A stretch of DNA of 64,000 nt from the NCBI GenBank assembly GCA_019057865.1, contig JAHLWP010000012.1:1-64000 (forward strand), in the 5' to 3' direction. The notes beneath the pieces were generated by a model. It worked only from the letters and a program-made list of their open reading frames with translations. It did not search any database and was not told where the DNA came from. A program made the translations under genes and the position numbers. Positions 49,710 to 60,483 of this stretch are shown here, piece after piece. The first letter of the stretch is position 1. The number at the start of each line of letters is the position of its first letter. This DNA is from Promethearchaeota archaeon (GTDB taxonomy: Archaea; Asgardarchaeota; Lokiarchaeia; Sigyniarchaeales; SOKP01).

Positions 49710-50408
49710 TTGATGACCAGTTATTACAAAGAGAAACTCTCAGCGTTAAGATTGAAAAAATGTTACGATATTGCTCCACCCCGAGTTCAAAAATATTTAC
49801 AAGCAGAATTAGATCATGTTTTACAAAAAATTACATCAAATGATATTGTTTTAGAATTAGGATGTGGGTATGGACGTGTTCTCTCTCAAATTGCCACTAA
49901 AGCAGCTATGGTAATAGGGATTGATAATGCATATTCTAATTTGATTTTAGCAAAAAAAGTGCTTAAACGCTATTCAAATTGTTGTTTATTAACGATGGAT
50001 GCGATAAACTTAACATTTCGCAGTCATATGTTTGATTTTGTTATCTGTATTCAAAATGGAATATCTGCTTTTCATGTTGATAAAATTAAGTTATTAGCAG
50101 AAAGCATTCGGGTTACTAAAGCTAATGGATATGTTATTTTTTCTAGTTATTCCGATAAATTTTGGGAAGATAGATTGGAATGGTTCCAATTGCAATATAA
50201 ATTTGGTTTAATTGGAGAAATTAATTATGAAAAAACTCAGAATGGGATTATTTCATGTAAAGATGGTTTCACAGCAACCACTATAGGTCCAGAAGAATTT
50301 TTATCACTAACTTCTAATTTTCATATTGAGCCTAAAATAGTAGAAGTTGATAATTCAATCCTGTTTTGTGAAATTAAAATCCCTAAAAAAGACTTTGATC
50401 AAAGTTAG
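49710..50408 (+). CDS. Class I SAM-dependent methyltransferase
   Basis: VLELGCGYGR motif. Confidence 0.88.
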   Translation: MMTSYYKEKLSALRLKKCYDIAPPRVQKYLQAELDHVLQKITSNDIVLELGCGYGRVLSQIATKAAMVIGIDNAYSNLILAKKVLKRYSNCCLLTMDAINLTFRSHMFDFVICIQNGISAFHVDKIKLLAESIRVTKANGYVIFSSYSDKFWEDRLEWFQLQYKFGLIGEINYEKTQNGIISCKDGFTATTIGPEEFLSLTSNFHIEPKIVEVDNSILFCEIKIPKKDFDQS

Positions 50409-50446
50409 CTCAAAAAGTTTATATTTTAAGAGAGTAGATTTTACGT

Positions 50447-51640
50447 ATGGTATTAGAAGAATTTGGTAAAAATTATTTACTTCTTGGTCTCCGAATAGGG
50501 AAATTAATAGATGGGTATATTGATGCTTATTTTGGACCACCAGAACTCAAAGATACTGTTGAGAAAGAGAAACCAAACTCCTCCAAAGATTTACTTGATA
50601 AATGTAAAGTTCTTCAAAAAGAATTACCTAATCAAGGTTTTATTGAAGAACGTATCAGATTCATAGGAAAAATGCTTGGAGCCATGGAAACTTCATTGGA
50701 GATACTTAATGGACATGAATTTCCATATTTAGAGAAAGTTAATAGATTATACGATATTAAACCAGAGTTAATTGATGATTCTGTATTTTATAAAGTAGCT
50801 AAAGAGTTAGATAGTATATATGAGGGATCTGGTAGTCTAGCTGAACGTATGGATACAATTCAGAAACAACGGGCTGTACTTGAAAATAAAATTGAAGGAA
50901 CTTTTAGAAAAGCTTGTGAAATTGTGCGTGAACGTACACAAGAATTATTTCCTGGCTTATTACCTAATGAAGAAGAATTTACCATCAAAATAGTCAAAAA
51001 TGAACCTTGGGGGGCATATAACTGGTATTTAGGTAACTTTAAATCTAGAATAGATGTAAATACAGATATTCCCAATGCTTGGACTAGAGTTTTATTAACT
51101 GCTGCTCATGAAGGATACCCTGGTCATCATACTGAGCATGTTATTAAAGAAAAATTACTTTATATTGAAGAACAACGGTTTGAACATAGTATATTTTTGA
51201 TCCAAACACCTGAATGTGTAATTGCAGAAGGTATTGGAAACACAGGACTCGATGTATTGTATACTCCACAGGAACAAGTAAAAATAGGTCTTGAAGAATT
51301 ATGTCCAGATCCCAAAAAGGAATTTTCTTTAGATGCATTGGTAGCTGAAAACGAGGCTACGAAGAATTTCATGGCTTTAATAAATAATTTGGCAATTCAC
51401 GCTCATGTAGATGGTTGGTCTGATGATCAATTAATAAAATATGGATTAGAATTCGGTTTCGTTATAGAAGAGCGTCTTAGACAAAACTTACTGTTTATTC
51501 GCAATCCTCTATGGTCAACCTATGTCTTTAATTATTTCATAGGTGAAATGTTGATTAAAAAGAAATTTGGAGAACGACCTTCTCCTGCTGATTTTAAAAA
51601 ACTCTTGACAAAGCCAGTATTACCATCAGATCTTGTTTAA
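50447..51640 (+). CDS. DUF885-like zinc metallopeptidase-fold protein
   Basis: AHEGYPGHH followed by AEG. Confidence 0.75.
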   Translation: MVLEEFGKNYLLLGLRIGKLIDGYIDAYFGPPELKDTVEKEKPNSSKDLLDKCKVLQKELPNQGFIEERIRFIGKMLGAMETSLEILNGHEFPYLEKVNRLYDIKPELIDDSVFYKVAKELDSIYEGSGSLAERMDTIQKQRAVLENKIEGTFRKACEIVRERTQELFPGLLPNEEEFTIKIVKNEPWGAYNWYLGNFKSRIDVNTDIPNAWTRVLLTAAHEGYPGHHTEHVIKEKLLYIEEQRFEHSIFLIQTPECVIAEGIGNTGLDVLYTPQEQVKIGLEELCPDPKKEFSLDALVAENEATKNFMALINNLAIHAHVDGWSDDQLIKYGLEFGFVIEERLRQNLLFIRNPLWSTYVFNYFIGEMLIKKKFGERPSPADFKKLLTKPVLPSDLV

Positions 51641-51698
51641 ACATTGAAAATTAGCTTATAATTTTAGTATAAAATTAATATTTTAATTCAAAATTATT

Positions 51699-52529
51699 TT
51701 AAAAAAAATTCCTTACAAATTCTAAGCTCTCAGGTAAATCTTCTACTTTATGTAGTTCCATAACTAATGCTCCTTTATAACCATATTGATTTGCTAATTC
51801 GAAAATCTTATTGAAATCTACTTTACCCTTACCTAATATTGGATGAATATCTAAAGCATTTTCAAAATGTTCTACTAAATGAATATTTTTTATTCGGGCA
51901 TGAAGCTTCTCCCATAACAAATCTATATGATCATTGCAGAAATATGTATGACCAGTATCCCAAGCAAAATAAACATCATTTCTATTAATTTCTGTAAAAA
52001 ATTTGCCTATCTCTTTATGGTTTAGGAAAAATCCTGCCATTTGTGGCATATTTTCTAAACATGTAATTAAGTCCAAATCTTTAATTTTTCCCAATAAAAC
52101 GTTAACTGAATCTATTAAACGATTTTTTAAGCCATTATATGAATGATGAAGAAATTTTGCGTTTCCAGGATGAATTGTATAGACTTGAGCTCCAATTTCC
52201 TTACAAATTTCAGCAGAATTAATATAACACTCTATTGTGGCATCTAAAATCCAAGGATTATGGGCACATAAGCTTAAATAAGCATAAGGCGCATGAAATT
52301 GCTTTTTAATTGAAGGATAAGACTTGCATAATTTAATGAACTTTTGTCGTTCTTCGTGAATTAATATTTCGGGAGGATCTAATATTAGTTCACAAACTCT
52401 AATATCATATTTTTCAGCAAAATCAAACGTTCTTTCAATTGAATGAAGTAGTAATTCAATTGAATTGTGAAAACCTCCATTGTTTATTGAATCGTAAATA
52501 AACGCTATAGATCCTAAACCTAATTCCAT
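51699..52529 (-). CDS. Sugar phosphate isomerase/epimerase (xylose isomerase-like TIM barrel)
   Basis: HPG, LENM, DTGH, IHL and MEL metal ligands. Confidence 0.85.
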   Translation of the reverse strand: MELGLGSIAFIYDSINNGGFHNSIELLLHSIERTFDFAEKYDIRVCELILDPPEILIHEERQKFIKLCKSYPSIKKQFHAPYAYLSLCAHNPWILDATIECYINSAEICKEIGAQVYTIHPGNAKFLHHSYNGLKNRLIDSVNVLLGKIKDLDLITCLENMPQMAGFFLNHKEIGKFFTEINRNDVYFAWDTGHTYFCNDHIDLLWEKLHARIKNIHLVEHFENALDIHPILGKGKVDFNKIFELANQYGYKGALVMELHKVEDLPESLEFVRNFF

Positions 52530-52731
52530 TTATTATCAGAATTTATATAAATAATTTATTAAAAAAATTAATAATTATAATCGAAGAAAATAATAAATGA
52601 TTAATAAAGTATATGTTTATAAAAAGTCAGTTATTTAACGTTCTTAAGATAATAGAAAGAGAACTAAAACCTTTATTATTCTTTTTAAATTATAAATTAT
52701 TAATTACTAAATTTCAAAAAATTGAAGAAAT

Positions 52732-53502
52732 ATGTCGCTACCGGCTAAAAAAGCAATTGAAATTGATGAGAATATCACTCATTATGTTCATAAAATGTTA
52801 AACATGGAAATGATTCTTAAATATGACGAGTCTAAATGTATAGAGTGCGGGTTTTGTCACCGAGTTTGCCCGGTAACTGTATCTATATACGATGAACCTC
52901 TCAAAAGAACAGCTATCGGTACTCCAGAAGAAATGGGAGTTGAATCCGAGAAAAAGATTGTAGTTGATACTGAGAAATGTATTTGGTGTGGTAGTTGCTC
53001 ATGGATATGTCCAGGATATACACTAGAACTTTTAATCAATGGAGAGAATAAGATTTTATTGGTAGAAAATGGCTCTCTTGCTGAATTTGAGGAAGAAGTT
53101 CGAACTTTGGAGAATGGAAATAAAGTTCGAAAGGTGGTTGAAGGGAGCATAACGATTAAGTGTAATGAAGGGGATACAAAAGTCATAGATCAATTTGCAG
53201 ATGAGTGTTCTGTTGGAGCTATGACCCGAAAAGACAAAGATATCGAAGTAGACAGAGATAAATGTATTTTATGCTTTAAATGTACAGAAGCGTCAAAAAA
53301 TTATGAAAATATAAGTGTTGAAGTACATCGAGATCGATTTAAACAAGTTAAAGGAGAACCTTCTTCAGTATGGAATGGTATTATGCTACGTGTTCTAGGG
53401 AAAGAGGGAAAAATAAAAGGTATTATGAGTCGTAGCCAGAATAAACTTGCTGATGCAGTAATGCGATTAATGGGAAAAGAAGAAACTGAAGAAGAAGGTT
53501 AA
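52732..53502 (+). CDS. 4Fe-4S dicluster (polyferredoxin-like) protein
   Basis: CIECGFCHRVCP, CIWCGSCSWICP and a degenerate CILCFKC. Confidence 0.85.
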   Translation: MSLPAKKAIEIDENITHYVHKMLNMEMILKYDESKCIECGFCHRVCPVTVSIYDEPLKRTAIGTPEEMGVESEKKIVVDTEKCIWCGSCSWICPGYTLELLINGENKILLVENGSLAEFEEEVRTLENGNKVRKVVEGSITIKCNEGDTKVIDQFADECSVGAMTRKDKDIEVDRDKCILCFKCTEASKNYENISVEVHRDRFKQVKGEPSSVWNGIMLRVLGKEGKIKGIMSRSQNKLADAVMRLMGKEETEEEG

Positions 53503-53564
53503 TCTAATTAACTATTATTTTTCACATATTAATAAAAAAAGATTTTATTTATAATCCTCTCTAT

Positions 53565-54356
53565 TCAAGGGTATTTTTGATGTAAGTTCTTTATAAAATC
53601 ATCTAGCTCCTTCATGGATTTTTTTTCGGTAGCATAAGCAGCCTTCCCACATTCGTCTTCTAAATCGAGGCATGATTTAATATATGCTTTATTCATAATG
53701 GTTAACATGGATTTTGTAAAGAAGATAAATTCTGTTTGATATTTAACTATTTGTTTAGCAAAATTAAGAGTTTCAGCATTAAGTTGATCGAGTGGAAAAA
53801 CTCTTGTTGGGAAATTGATGTTCTTTAACTCTTCCACACCAACTTTATCTGCAGTAAAAAGTAGTTGTTTTGCATATGATAATCCGAAGCTCAACAATGG
53901 TAAAAGGGTTGCCCCTGTCTGTGGAAAGGCAGAAATTGCGAGTTCTGGTAATTGTATATATAACTCATCCTTAGATCTATCCGCAAAGATCCTTAAATCA
54001 GAAGCAAGTATCAGTAAAACGCCAAATCCAACAGCAATGCCTTGAACTTGAGTTATTACTGGTTTCTTCATGAGAAGAATAGTCTCATTGACTTTTCTAC
54101 CCCACTCTGTTATTTTAACTGCTTTTTCAGGAGATCCTTGTATTTCTTTAAGATCATAACCTGCAGAAAAGAATCTCTGTTCAACACTTTTAATTATAAT
54201 ACATTTAACTTTTTCATGTTTATCTGCTTCAACTAGCTTCTCATGTATTGATTTTAACATCGAAATATTACAGGCATTTGCCTTATCAGGTCTGTTTATT
54301 GTAATTATAGCAATACGTCCTCTTACTTCATATAAAATTAATTCTTGATTACTCAT
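53565..54356 (-). CDS. Enoyl-CoA hydratase/isomerase family protein
   Basis: INRPDKANA, FSAGYDL and KPVITQVQGIAVG motifs. Confidence 0.88.
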   Translation of the reverse strand: MSNQELILYEVRGRIAIITINRPDKANACNISMLKSIHEKLVEADKHEKVKCIIIKSVEQRFFSAGYDLKEIQGSPEKAVKITEWGRKVNETILLMKKPVITQVQGIAVGFGVLLILASDLRIFADRSKDELYIQLPELAISAFPQTGATLLPLLSFGLSYAKQLLFTADKVGVEELKNINFPTRVFPLDQLNAETLNFAKQIVKYQTEFIFFTKSMLTIMNKAYIKSCLDLEDECGKAAYATEKKSMKELDDFIKNLHQKYP

Positions 54357-54421
54357 AAGATCTTTAACTTAAATTATAATTTAAAGTATATTGAACCTAA
54401 TGTTATCTCTATAAATTATGA

Positions 54422-54535
54422 ATAAAAGATTTTTTAGATGTTGAGGCTAATAATGAAAAGGCATTCACATTGTATAAGAAATTTGGTTTTAATGAAGAAG
54501 AATCACGAACAGTAATGGTCTATAAAACTAAATAA
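54422..54535 (+). pseudogene. C-terminal remnant of GNAT acetyltransferase
   Basis: FLDVEANNEKAFTLYKKFGF matches GNAT motif B (N-x-x-A-x-x-L-Y-x-K-x-G-F); no in-frame start. Confidence 0.6.
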
Positions 54536-54720
54536 CATATCCCCTATATCATCACTCTTTTTAAGAATCATTTCTCCTTTTTTCTCCATAAAATTATAAC
54601 TATTATATTCTTTAATGTTGAAAAATATAAAACTAAAAAATTAAAAAACTATCTACCACATATTTAGATTGTCATTTCTAATATAAAGAATTAAATAAAA
54701 AAAAAATAAAGTGATAAAAA

Positions 54721-55728
54721 GTGGCTAAAAGAATATCGATCAATGGATTCGGAAGGATTGGGCGCAATTTTTTTCGCGCGTTATCGGAAAAATATCCCAA
54801 TGATATCGAAGTTGTTTCCATTAATGATTTGTTTGAACCAAAATATCTAGCTTATGTCTTAAAATACGATTCAATATTTGGAAGATTTCAGGGTACTGTC
54901 GAGTCTAAAGAAAATGCGTTAGTTGTGAATGGGAAAGAAATTCCAATTACAGCTGAGAGAGATCCAGCAAATTTACCACATGCTAGTAATAATATTGATG
55001 TAGCAGTAGAATGTACTGGATTCTTTACTAAAAGAGAAGGTGCCGCAAAGCATTTAGAAGCAGGGGCTAAACGAGTGCTTATCAGTGCACCTGCCGTTAA
55101 TCCAGACTTTACTGTTGTTATCGGGTGTAATGATGATAAATTAACTAATGAACATAAAATTATCAGTATGGCGAGCTGTACTACTAATTGTTTAGGTCCT
55201 ATAGTAAAAGTGTTAAATGACAATTATAAAATACAAAGCGGTATTATGACCACAATTCACTCATACACCGGTGATCAGAGAACTGTGGATACCGCACGAG
55301 CAGGAGATCCTGTAAAGATGATTCGAGGAAGAGGCGCCGCTGCAAATATTTTACCAACAAGTACTGGAGCGGCAAAAGCAATTGGTGTAGTCTTTCCAGA
55401 GTTGAACGGTAAGCTAGACGGTATAGCAATGCGTGTCCCAACACCAGATGGATCAGTAGTAGATTTAAAATGTAATGTAGAAAAAAGTGCGACAGCAACA
55501 GATATTAATAATAAAATGAAAGAATATGCAAATGGACAATTAAAAGGAATTTTAGAATATACTGACGATGCGATTGTAAGTAGCGATATAATAGGAAATC
55601 CAGCGAGTTCTATTTTCTCTTCACTATGGACAAAAGTTATAGGGAGTATGGTTGGCGTAGTTAGCTGGTATGATAATGAGTGGGGATTTTCAAACCGCAT
55701 GGCTGATTTGATCGTTCAAAAATTATAG
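54721..55728 (+). CDS. gap: Type I (bacterial/eukaryotic-type) glyceraldehyde-3-phosphate dehydrogenase
   Basis: INGFGRIGR, ASCTTNCL, STGAAKA, RVPT and WYDNEWG motifs. Confidence 0.95.
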   Translation: MAKRISINGFGRIGRNFFRALSEKYPNDIEVVSINDLFEPKYLAYVLKYDSIFGRFQGTVESKENALVVNGKEIPITAERDPANLPHASNNIDVAVECTGFFTKREGAAKHLEAGAKRVLISAPAVNPDFTVVIGCNDDKLTNEHKIISMASCTTNCLGPIVKVLNDNYKIQSGIMTTIHSYTGDQRTVDTARAGDPVKMIRGRGAAANILPTSTGAAKAIGVVFPELNGKLDGIAMRVPTPDGSVVDLKCNVEKSATATDINNKMKEYANGQLKGILEYTDDAIVSSDIIGNPASSIFSSLWTKVIGSMVGVVSWYDNEWGFSNRMADLIVQKL

Positions 55729-55765
55729 ATCATTGATTACTAAATTCTCTTATTTTTTTATTTTT

Positions 55766-56431
55766 TTATCGTTTAATTTTCTTTCTAAAATTCAATTGAT
55801 AAATAAACCAATTTCCAAATTCTTCATCTAATTCAAAGCCGGCTTCTTCTGCCCATTTTTTTTCTGTTTTTCGTCTAGGATAATCAGGATCAGGAAGCAT
55901 TTCACTTAAGGATATCAGCCCATTAGGTTTTAACACTCTTTTAAATTCTTTAAGAGCTCTTATTGGTTCTGGAATTTCAGGAAGACATGCAATCATTAGA
56001 ATACGGTCAACACACTCATCTTCAAATGAAAGATTATACACATCATCTATTTTGGGAATTATGTTTGTGATATTTTCTTTTTCAATTTTTTTCTTTAAAT
56101 AGTTTATTACAGAGTCTTGGATATCTATAGCATATACTTTTCCCTCTGGCAAGACGCTTTTGGCAATTGCTTTCGTATAACTCCCCTTTCCTGGTCCAAT
56201 TTCAATAATTATCATACCAGGTTCGAGCTTCATCCATTCAGCAATCTTTTCAGGTTTTTGTATGAACTTCCTTCTAATAGGATTGTCAATTAAACGTGTT
56301 AAAAAACCGGGAATAGGAAATTTATGACATCATCGGATAATTCTTAGTATTACAAATACAATAAAAAAGAATATTCCCAAAACTATTAGAAATATCAGAA
56401 ATATGGTTCTTAAAATTAACCAAGGATCCAT
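55766..56431 (-). CDS. Membrane-anchored class I methyltransferase with in-frame TGA at codon 34 (possible pseudogene)
   Basis: The frame extends upstream from ORF 56233 to ATG 56431: MDPWLIL(TM)...RIIR-*-CHKFPIP...IDNPIRRK...EIGPGKG. TGA at 56330-56332. Confidence 0.65.
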
Positions 56432-56522
56432 TCCTATTATACTCTTGAAATTCTATAGATATGATTTAATTAATTGAATAAAAGAATAATCCTTTTAAAG
56501 ATCTATAAATAATAAATTAACC

Positions 56523-57452
56523 ATGGATCTTAGCACTGGTAAAACTATTGAAATAACAGATAAAAAACTTTTTGATGAGTATTTCCAAAAATATCCACCA
56601 GAAATTTCTGAATTTACATTTACAAACCTCTTCATGTGGAGGAATTATTATAATTTCTTATTCATGGAGTTTAAGGAGCACCTAATCTTATTTTCTAATG
56701 ATTATCTGAAAAATAGGAAAAAACCAATTAATGCAGGCTCTATTGATTATATTTACTTCTTTCCTCCAATCGGTCCACATCCAGATGAAATCATTATTAA
56801 ATTATTTGAGAATATTAATAATATAGAAATTCATAGAATTCCAGAAGAAATATGCGAAAAAGTAACTCAAAATGAGAAATATAATAAATTAAATCTAGAT
56901 TGTCTTGAAGATCGGAATAATTGGGATTATATTTATAACAAAAAAGAGATTCTTAATTTAGCAGGAAATAAGTTCAGACAAAATAGAAGATGGCTACAAA
57001 AATTCCTTAACAATTATGATTATGATTTCCAATTGATAACAGGAAATATTGTTGCGAAATGTAAAGAGCTCCAATTGGAATGGTGTGTAATGAGAGCTTG
57101 TACTGAAGATGAAAGTTTAGAAGCAGAACAAGAAGCAATATATGAAGCGCTAAACAATTTTAATACGTTAGGTTATAGTGGAGGAATAATTTGTGTGGAA
57201 GATAAATGTGCTGCTTATACATTTGGTGAAATGTTAAATAAAAGAACTTTAGTGATTCATATTGAGAAAGCTCATATGGAATATGAGGGCTCTTATCAAG
57301 CAATCACTAATTTATTTTTAAAAAATTGCTGTGTAGATACGCTTTATGTTAATAGAGAACAAGATTTGGGAATAGAAGGGTTAAGAAGAGCAAAAGAATC
57401 TTATAAACCTACTTATATGGTAAAAAAAAGCATAATTTACCGAAAAGACTAA
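56523..57452 (+). CDS. DUF2156 / aminoacyl-tRNA-dependent transferase-like protein
   Basis: SEFTFTNLFMW, DYIY, HIEKA and NREQDLGIEGLRRAKESY motifs. Confidence 0.85.
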   Translation: MDLSTGKTIEITDKKLFDEYFQKYPPEISEFTFTNLFMWRNYYNFLFMEFKEHLILFSNDYLKNRKKPINAGSIDYIYFFPPIGPHPDEIIIKLFENINNIEIHRIPEEICEKVTQNEKYNKLNLDCLEDRNNWDYIYNKKEILNLAGNKFRQNRRWLQKFLNNYDYDFQLITGNIVAKCKELQLEWCVMRACTEDESLEAEQEAIYEALNNFNTLGYSGGIICVEDKCAAYTFGEMLNKRTLVIHIEKAHMEYEGSYQAITNLFLKNCCVDTLYVNREQDLGIEGLRRAKESYKPTYMVKKSIIYRKD

Positions 57453-57555
57453 ACAAAATCAGATTATAATTTCTCAAAAAGAAGAAAAATCGCTTAGATT
57501 TATATTCTTAAAATTTCTAAGATCATTATAACCTATATTAATTTATGTGGTATTA

Positions 57556-59214
57556 ATGGCCGAAGAAAGTACACAAGAAGAAAAACCTGTAGGTAGATTA
57601 ACTGGAAAAACAACAACTCATACCGTTACAGTGGTATTTGAAGGTCCTTCAGTTGAAAGGAATAACTATTTAGTGGTTTATGGTGAAAAAGATAAAGAAG
57701 GGAAAAAACAATATTTTGTAATGTACATTACAGACATGTGGACTGATGAGAAGGGACGTATGGCAAAATTGGGAGTATTAGGAGAAAGACCAACAAAACC
57801 TTTTGAAATTGGCTCAGATGTCTTCATGGCTAAGGAAGAACAAATTTCAAAGATTTTAGGAATCTTCAACCCACCAGGAGAATCTCTCTCTTTGGGAAAG
57901 CTTATTGGTTATCCTTATGAAGTCTACTTATTAATAAAGAATTTTGGCAGAATTTTTATTACAGGAAAGTCAGGTTCAGGAAAATCCTACACTATGGGCG
58001 TGCTATGTGAAGAGTTTCTTAAGAAGGGAATTCCTGTTGTAATATTAGATAGACATGGAGAATATGGTAGCTTAAAGGTTGTTGCTGAAGATACTGGAGA
58101 AGGTGAAAGCGAATTTGTAGATAGCATAATTGAATTTTCTGATTTAAAGAAAAATAAAGGTGGAGATATTGATATAGAGTACTTATTTTCATTAAAACCC
58201 TCAGATATTATTGCGCCTAATCTTTGTACTGTAGTTAATTTGAATGGTTTAGCTTTAGAAGTTCAAGAGTCTATAGCAGGTAAACTTTTAAAAAAGTTAT
58301 ATGAAGCAAGTACAACAAGAAGTATTCCTCCTTTCTACTTGTTTTTGGATGAAGCTCACTTATTTGCTGGAAAAAAGCAGACTGAAACCTGTGAAGTTGT
58401 TAAATTATTTGCTCAAGAGGGAAGAAAATTTGGAGCTAATATTATTATAGGAACACAACGTCCACAATTATTAGACACTACAATAAGAGCTCAAGCCGGA
58501 ACTTGGGTTGTTCACAATCTTTCTGATATAAGAGACATTGGAATTACTATCTCAAGTGCTGAAGATTTAAGTAATGATAATAAATCAGATATTTCCGGTT
58601 TGGATAAAGGACAAGCCATAATCTGCGGGGAAGCAGTTAAAGGTATCCCCCTCTTTGTTAAGATAAGAAAAAGACGTACAAGACATGGAGGTGTAAGCTT
58701 TAATCCTCTAGACTTCCTTTCAGGTCAAACTGTAGAGGAATTGCAGAAAAGAAAGCAGAGACTTTTAGGAGGAAAGTCAGCAGATGAATTAGAAACAGGA
58801 AAATCAATTTATCAAGAAATGATGGAACCAAAAACTTCAGGAGATTATTTAGAAGAGATTGCTGAATTAAAAGTTAGAATAAGAGAATTAGAGGATGAAG
58901 TATCTAGATTAAAACAAAAGGTAGCTGATGTAAAAGAAGGAAAGGAACTACCACTCGAAGCAACCGATGATGTAATACAAGAATTACAAACAGAAATAGA
59001 TGTATGGAAAGAGAAATATAAATACCTAAAGGAAATGGCAGAGAAAGGAGAAGGAGAAATTGTTCAATTAACAGAAGATAGTGGAGCAATGTTAGATTTA
59101 AATAATAAGATCATTGAATTAGAAGCCCAAGTTAAAAAATTTAAATCACGATACGACGATGCTTTAATCTTGGCAGAGAAATCAATAGCAGAATTGAAAA
59201 AGAGAAAAAAATAA
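57556..59214 (+). CDS. HerA/FtsK-like (DUF87) ATPase with C-terminal coiled coil
   Basis: GKSGSGKS, DRHGEY, LDEAH, EGRKFG and TQRP motifs; E/K-rich helical tail. Confidence 0.85.
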   Translation: MAEESTQEEKPVGRLTGKTTTHTVTVVFEGPSVERNNYLVVYGEKDKEGKKQYFVMYITDMWTDEKGRMAKLGVLGERPTKPFEIGSDVFMAKEEQISKILGIFNPPGESLSLGKLIGYPYEVYLLIKNFGRIFITGKSGSGKSYTMGVLCEEFLKKGIPVVILDRHGEYGSLKVVAEDTGEGESEFVDSIIEFSDLKKNKGGDIDIEYLFSLKPSDIIAPNLCTVVNLNGLALEVQESIAGKLLKKLYEASTTRSIPPFYLFLDEAHLFAGKKQTETCEVVKLFAQEGRKFGANIIIGTQRPQLLDTTIRAQAGTWVVHNLSDIRDIGITISSAEDLSNDNKSDISGLDKGQAIICGEAVKGIPLFVKIRKRRTRHGGVSFNPLDFLSGQTVEELQKRKQRLLGGKSADELETGKSIYQEMMEPKTSGDYLEEIAELKVRIRELEDEVSRLKQKVADVKEGKELPLEATDDVIQELQTEIDVWKEKYKYLKEMAEKGEGEIVQLTEDSGAMLDLNNKIIELEAQVKKFKSRYDDALILAEKSIAELKKRKK

Positions 59215-59342
59215 ATAGTAATTGAGAAGATCCTTATAATTTAATTTTTTTCAAAATTTTTTACCTATTTCTAAAATTAGATTAATTAGTTTTAATTATC
59301 TCAAATTATTTAAGTTCTTAATAAACTCAATTTCTTTTAATC

Positions 59343-60425
59343 ATGAAGAGTGAAATATTAAATATTGAAAATATTAAAGCCTTACAGCGAAAATTATCCT
59401 CCTTATTTGGTGTTTCGGGATTTGAAGAAGATGTAAGTAGCTTTATCCTTAGTGAAATTGAGAGTAAAGGATTAGCGGATAAAGCTTGGATTGATCCATT
59501 AGGGAATGTTCTTGCTGTAAAAAAAGGAAATGATGGTCAGAAAAGAATCTTGTTAGATGCTCATACTGATGAAATAGGGTTCATGATTTCTCATATTGAA
59601 AAGACGGGTTTCCTAAGATTTGTTCCAATCGGTAGCTGGGATACTAGAATATTATTAGGACAAACAGTTATCATAAGATCTGAATCTGGTGAAGTTATTC
59701 ACGGAATCATTGGTTCTAAACCTCCACATCTTACTTCAGTAAATGAACGAAAAAAGATTGTAGAAATTAATAATTTGTATATTGATATAGGAATGGGCTC
59801 CAAAGATGAGGTATTAAATGGTAACATTAATATTGGTACTGTAGGTACCCTTTATTCTCCCTTTGAAGAATTTCCAAATAATATGGTTCGAGGAAAAGCA
59901 TTTGACGATAGAACGGGGTGTAATGTACTTCTACATATAATGATGCTATTAAAAGAGAAATCTGAAATTAAAGATACTACATTATTTAATTTTGCTGTAC
60001 AAGAAGAAAGAGGAAGAGTTGGAGCTATAACAGGCGCTTTTAATCTTAATCCAACCATGGGACTTGCGATTGAAAATACTACGGCTGCAGATGTGCCTGG
60101 TATCAAAGAATCTGAAATCCCTGTATACATCGGAAAAGGTCCAGCCATTACAGTTGCTGATAAATCAATTATCTCAAGTCCTAAGGTAAATAGAAGGCTT
60201 ATTAAAAATGCTGAGCATGAAAAAATTCCATTCCAAATAAAAAAACCGATGTATGGTTATACTGACGCTGGAAGAATTCAAGTTACTCGGGAAGGTGTAC
60301 CAAGTTCAGTAGTTTCTGTACCTTGTCGATATATTCATTCATCTACTTCCTTATTAAAGCTTGAAGATATATATGAAACAATTCGGTTGATTGATGTATT
60401 TATAAGAAACCCAGTGAATTTTTAA
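59343..60425 (+). CDS. M42 family (TET-like) aminopeptidase
   Basis: DAHTDEIG, KAFDDRTG, VQEE and RYIHS motifs. Confidence 0.92.
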   Translation: MKSEILNIENIKALQRKLSSLFGVSGFEEDVSSFILSEIESKGLADKAWIDPLGNVLAVKKGNDGQKRILLDAHTDEIGFMISHIEKTGFLRFVPIGSWDTRILLGQTVIIRSESGEVIHGIIGSKPPHLTSVNERKKIVEINNLYIDIGMGSKDEVLNGNINIGTVGTLYSPFEEFPNNMVRGKAFDDRTGCNVLLHIMMLLKEKSEIKDTTLFNFAVQEERGRVGAITGAFNLNPTMGLAIENTTAADVPGIKESEIPVYIGKGPAITVADKSIISSPKVNRRLIKNAEHEKIPFQIKKPMYGYTDAGRIQVTREGVPSSVVSVPCRYIHSSTSLLKLEDIYETIRLIDVFIRNPVNF

Positions 60426-60483
60426 CTATTAAAAAAGGTTTAAGAGAAATAAATAAATAAAATGCAATTTCATTCTTCAAATT

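Noticed and set aside
731-60148. Numerous 60-166 aa ORFs antisense to or overlapping long genes (e.g. 731..928, 30268..30768, 55275..55700, 59852..60148)
   Set aside because: Shadow ORFs of well-supported genes with no motifs.
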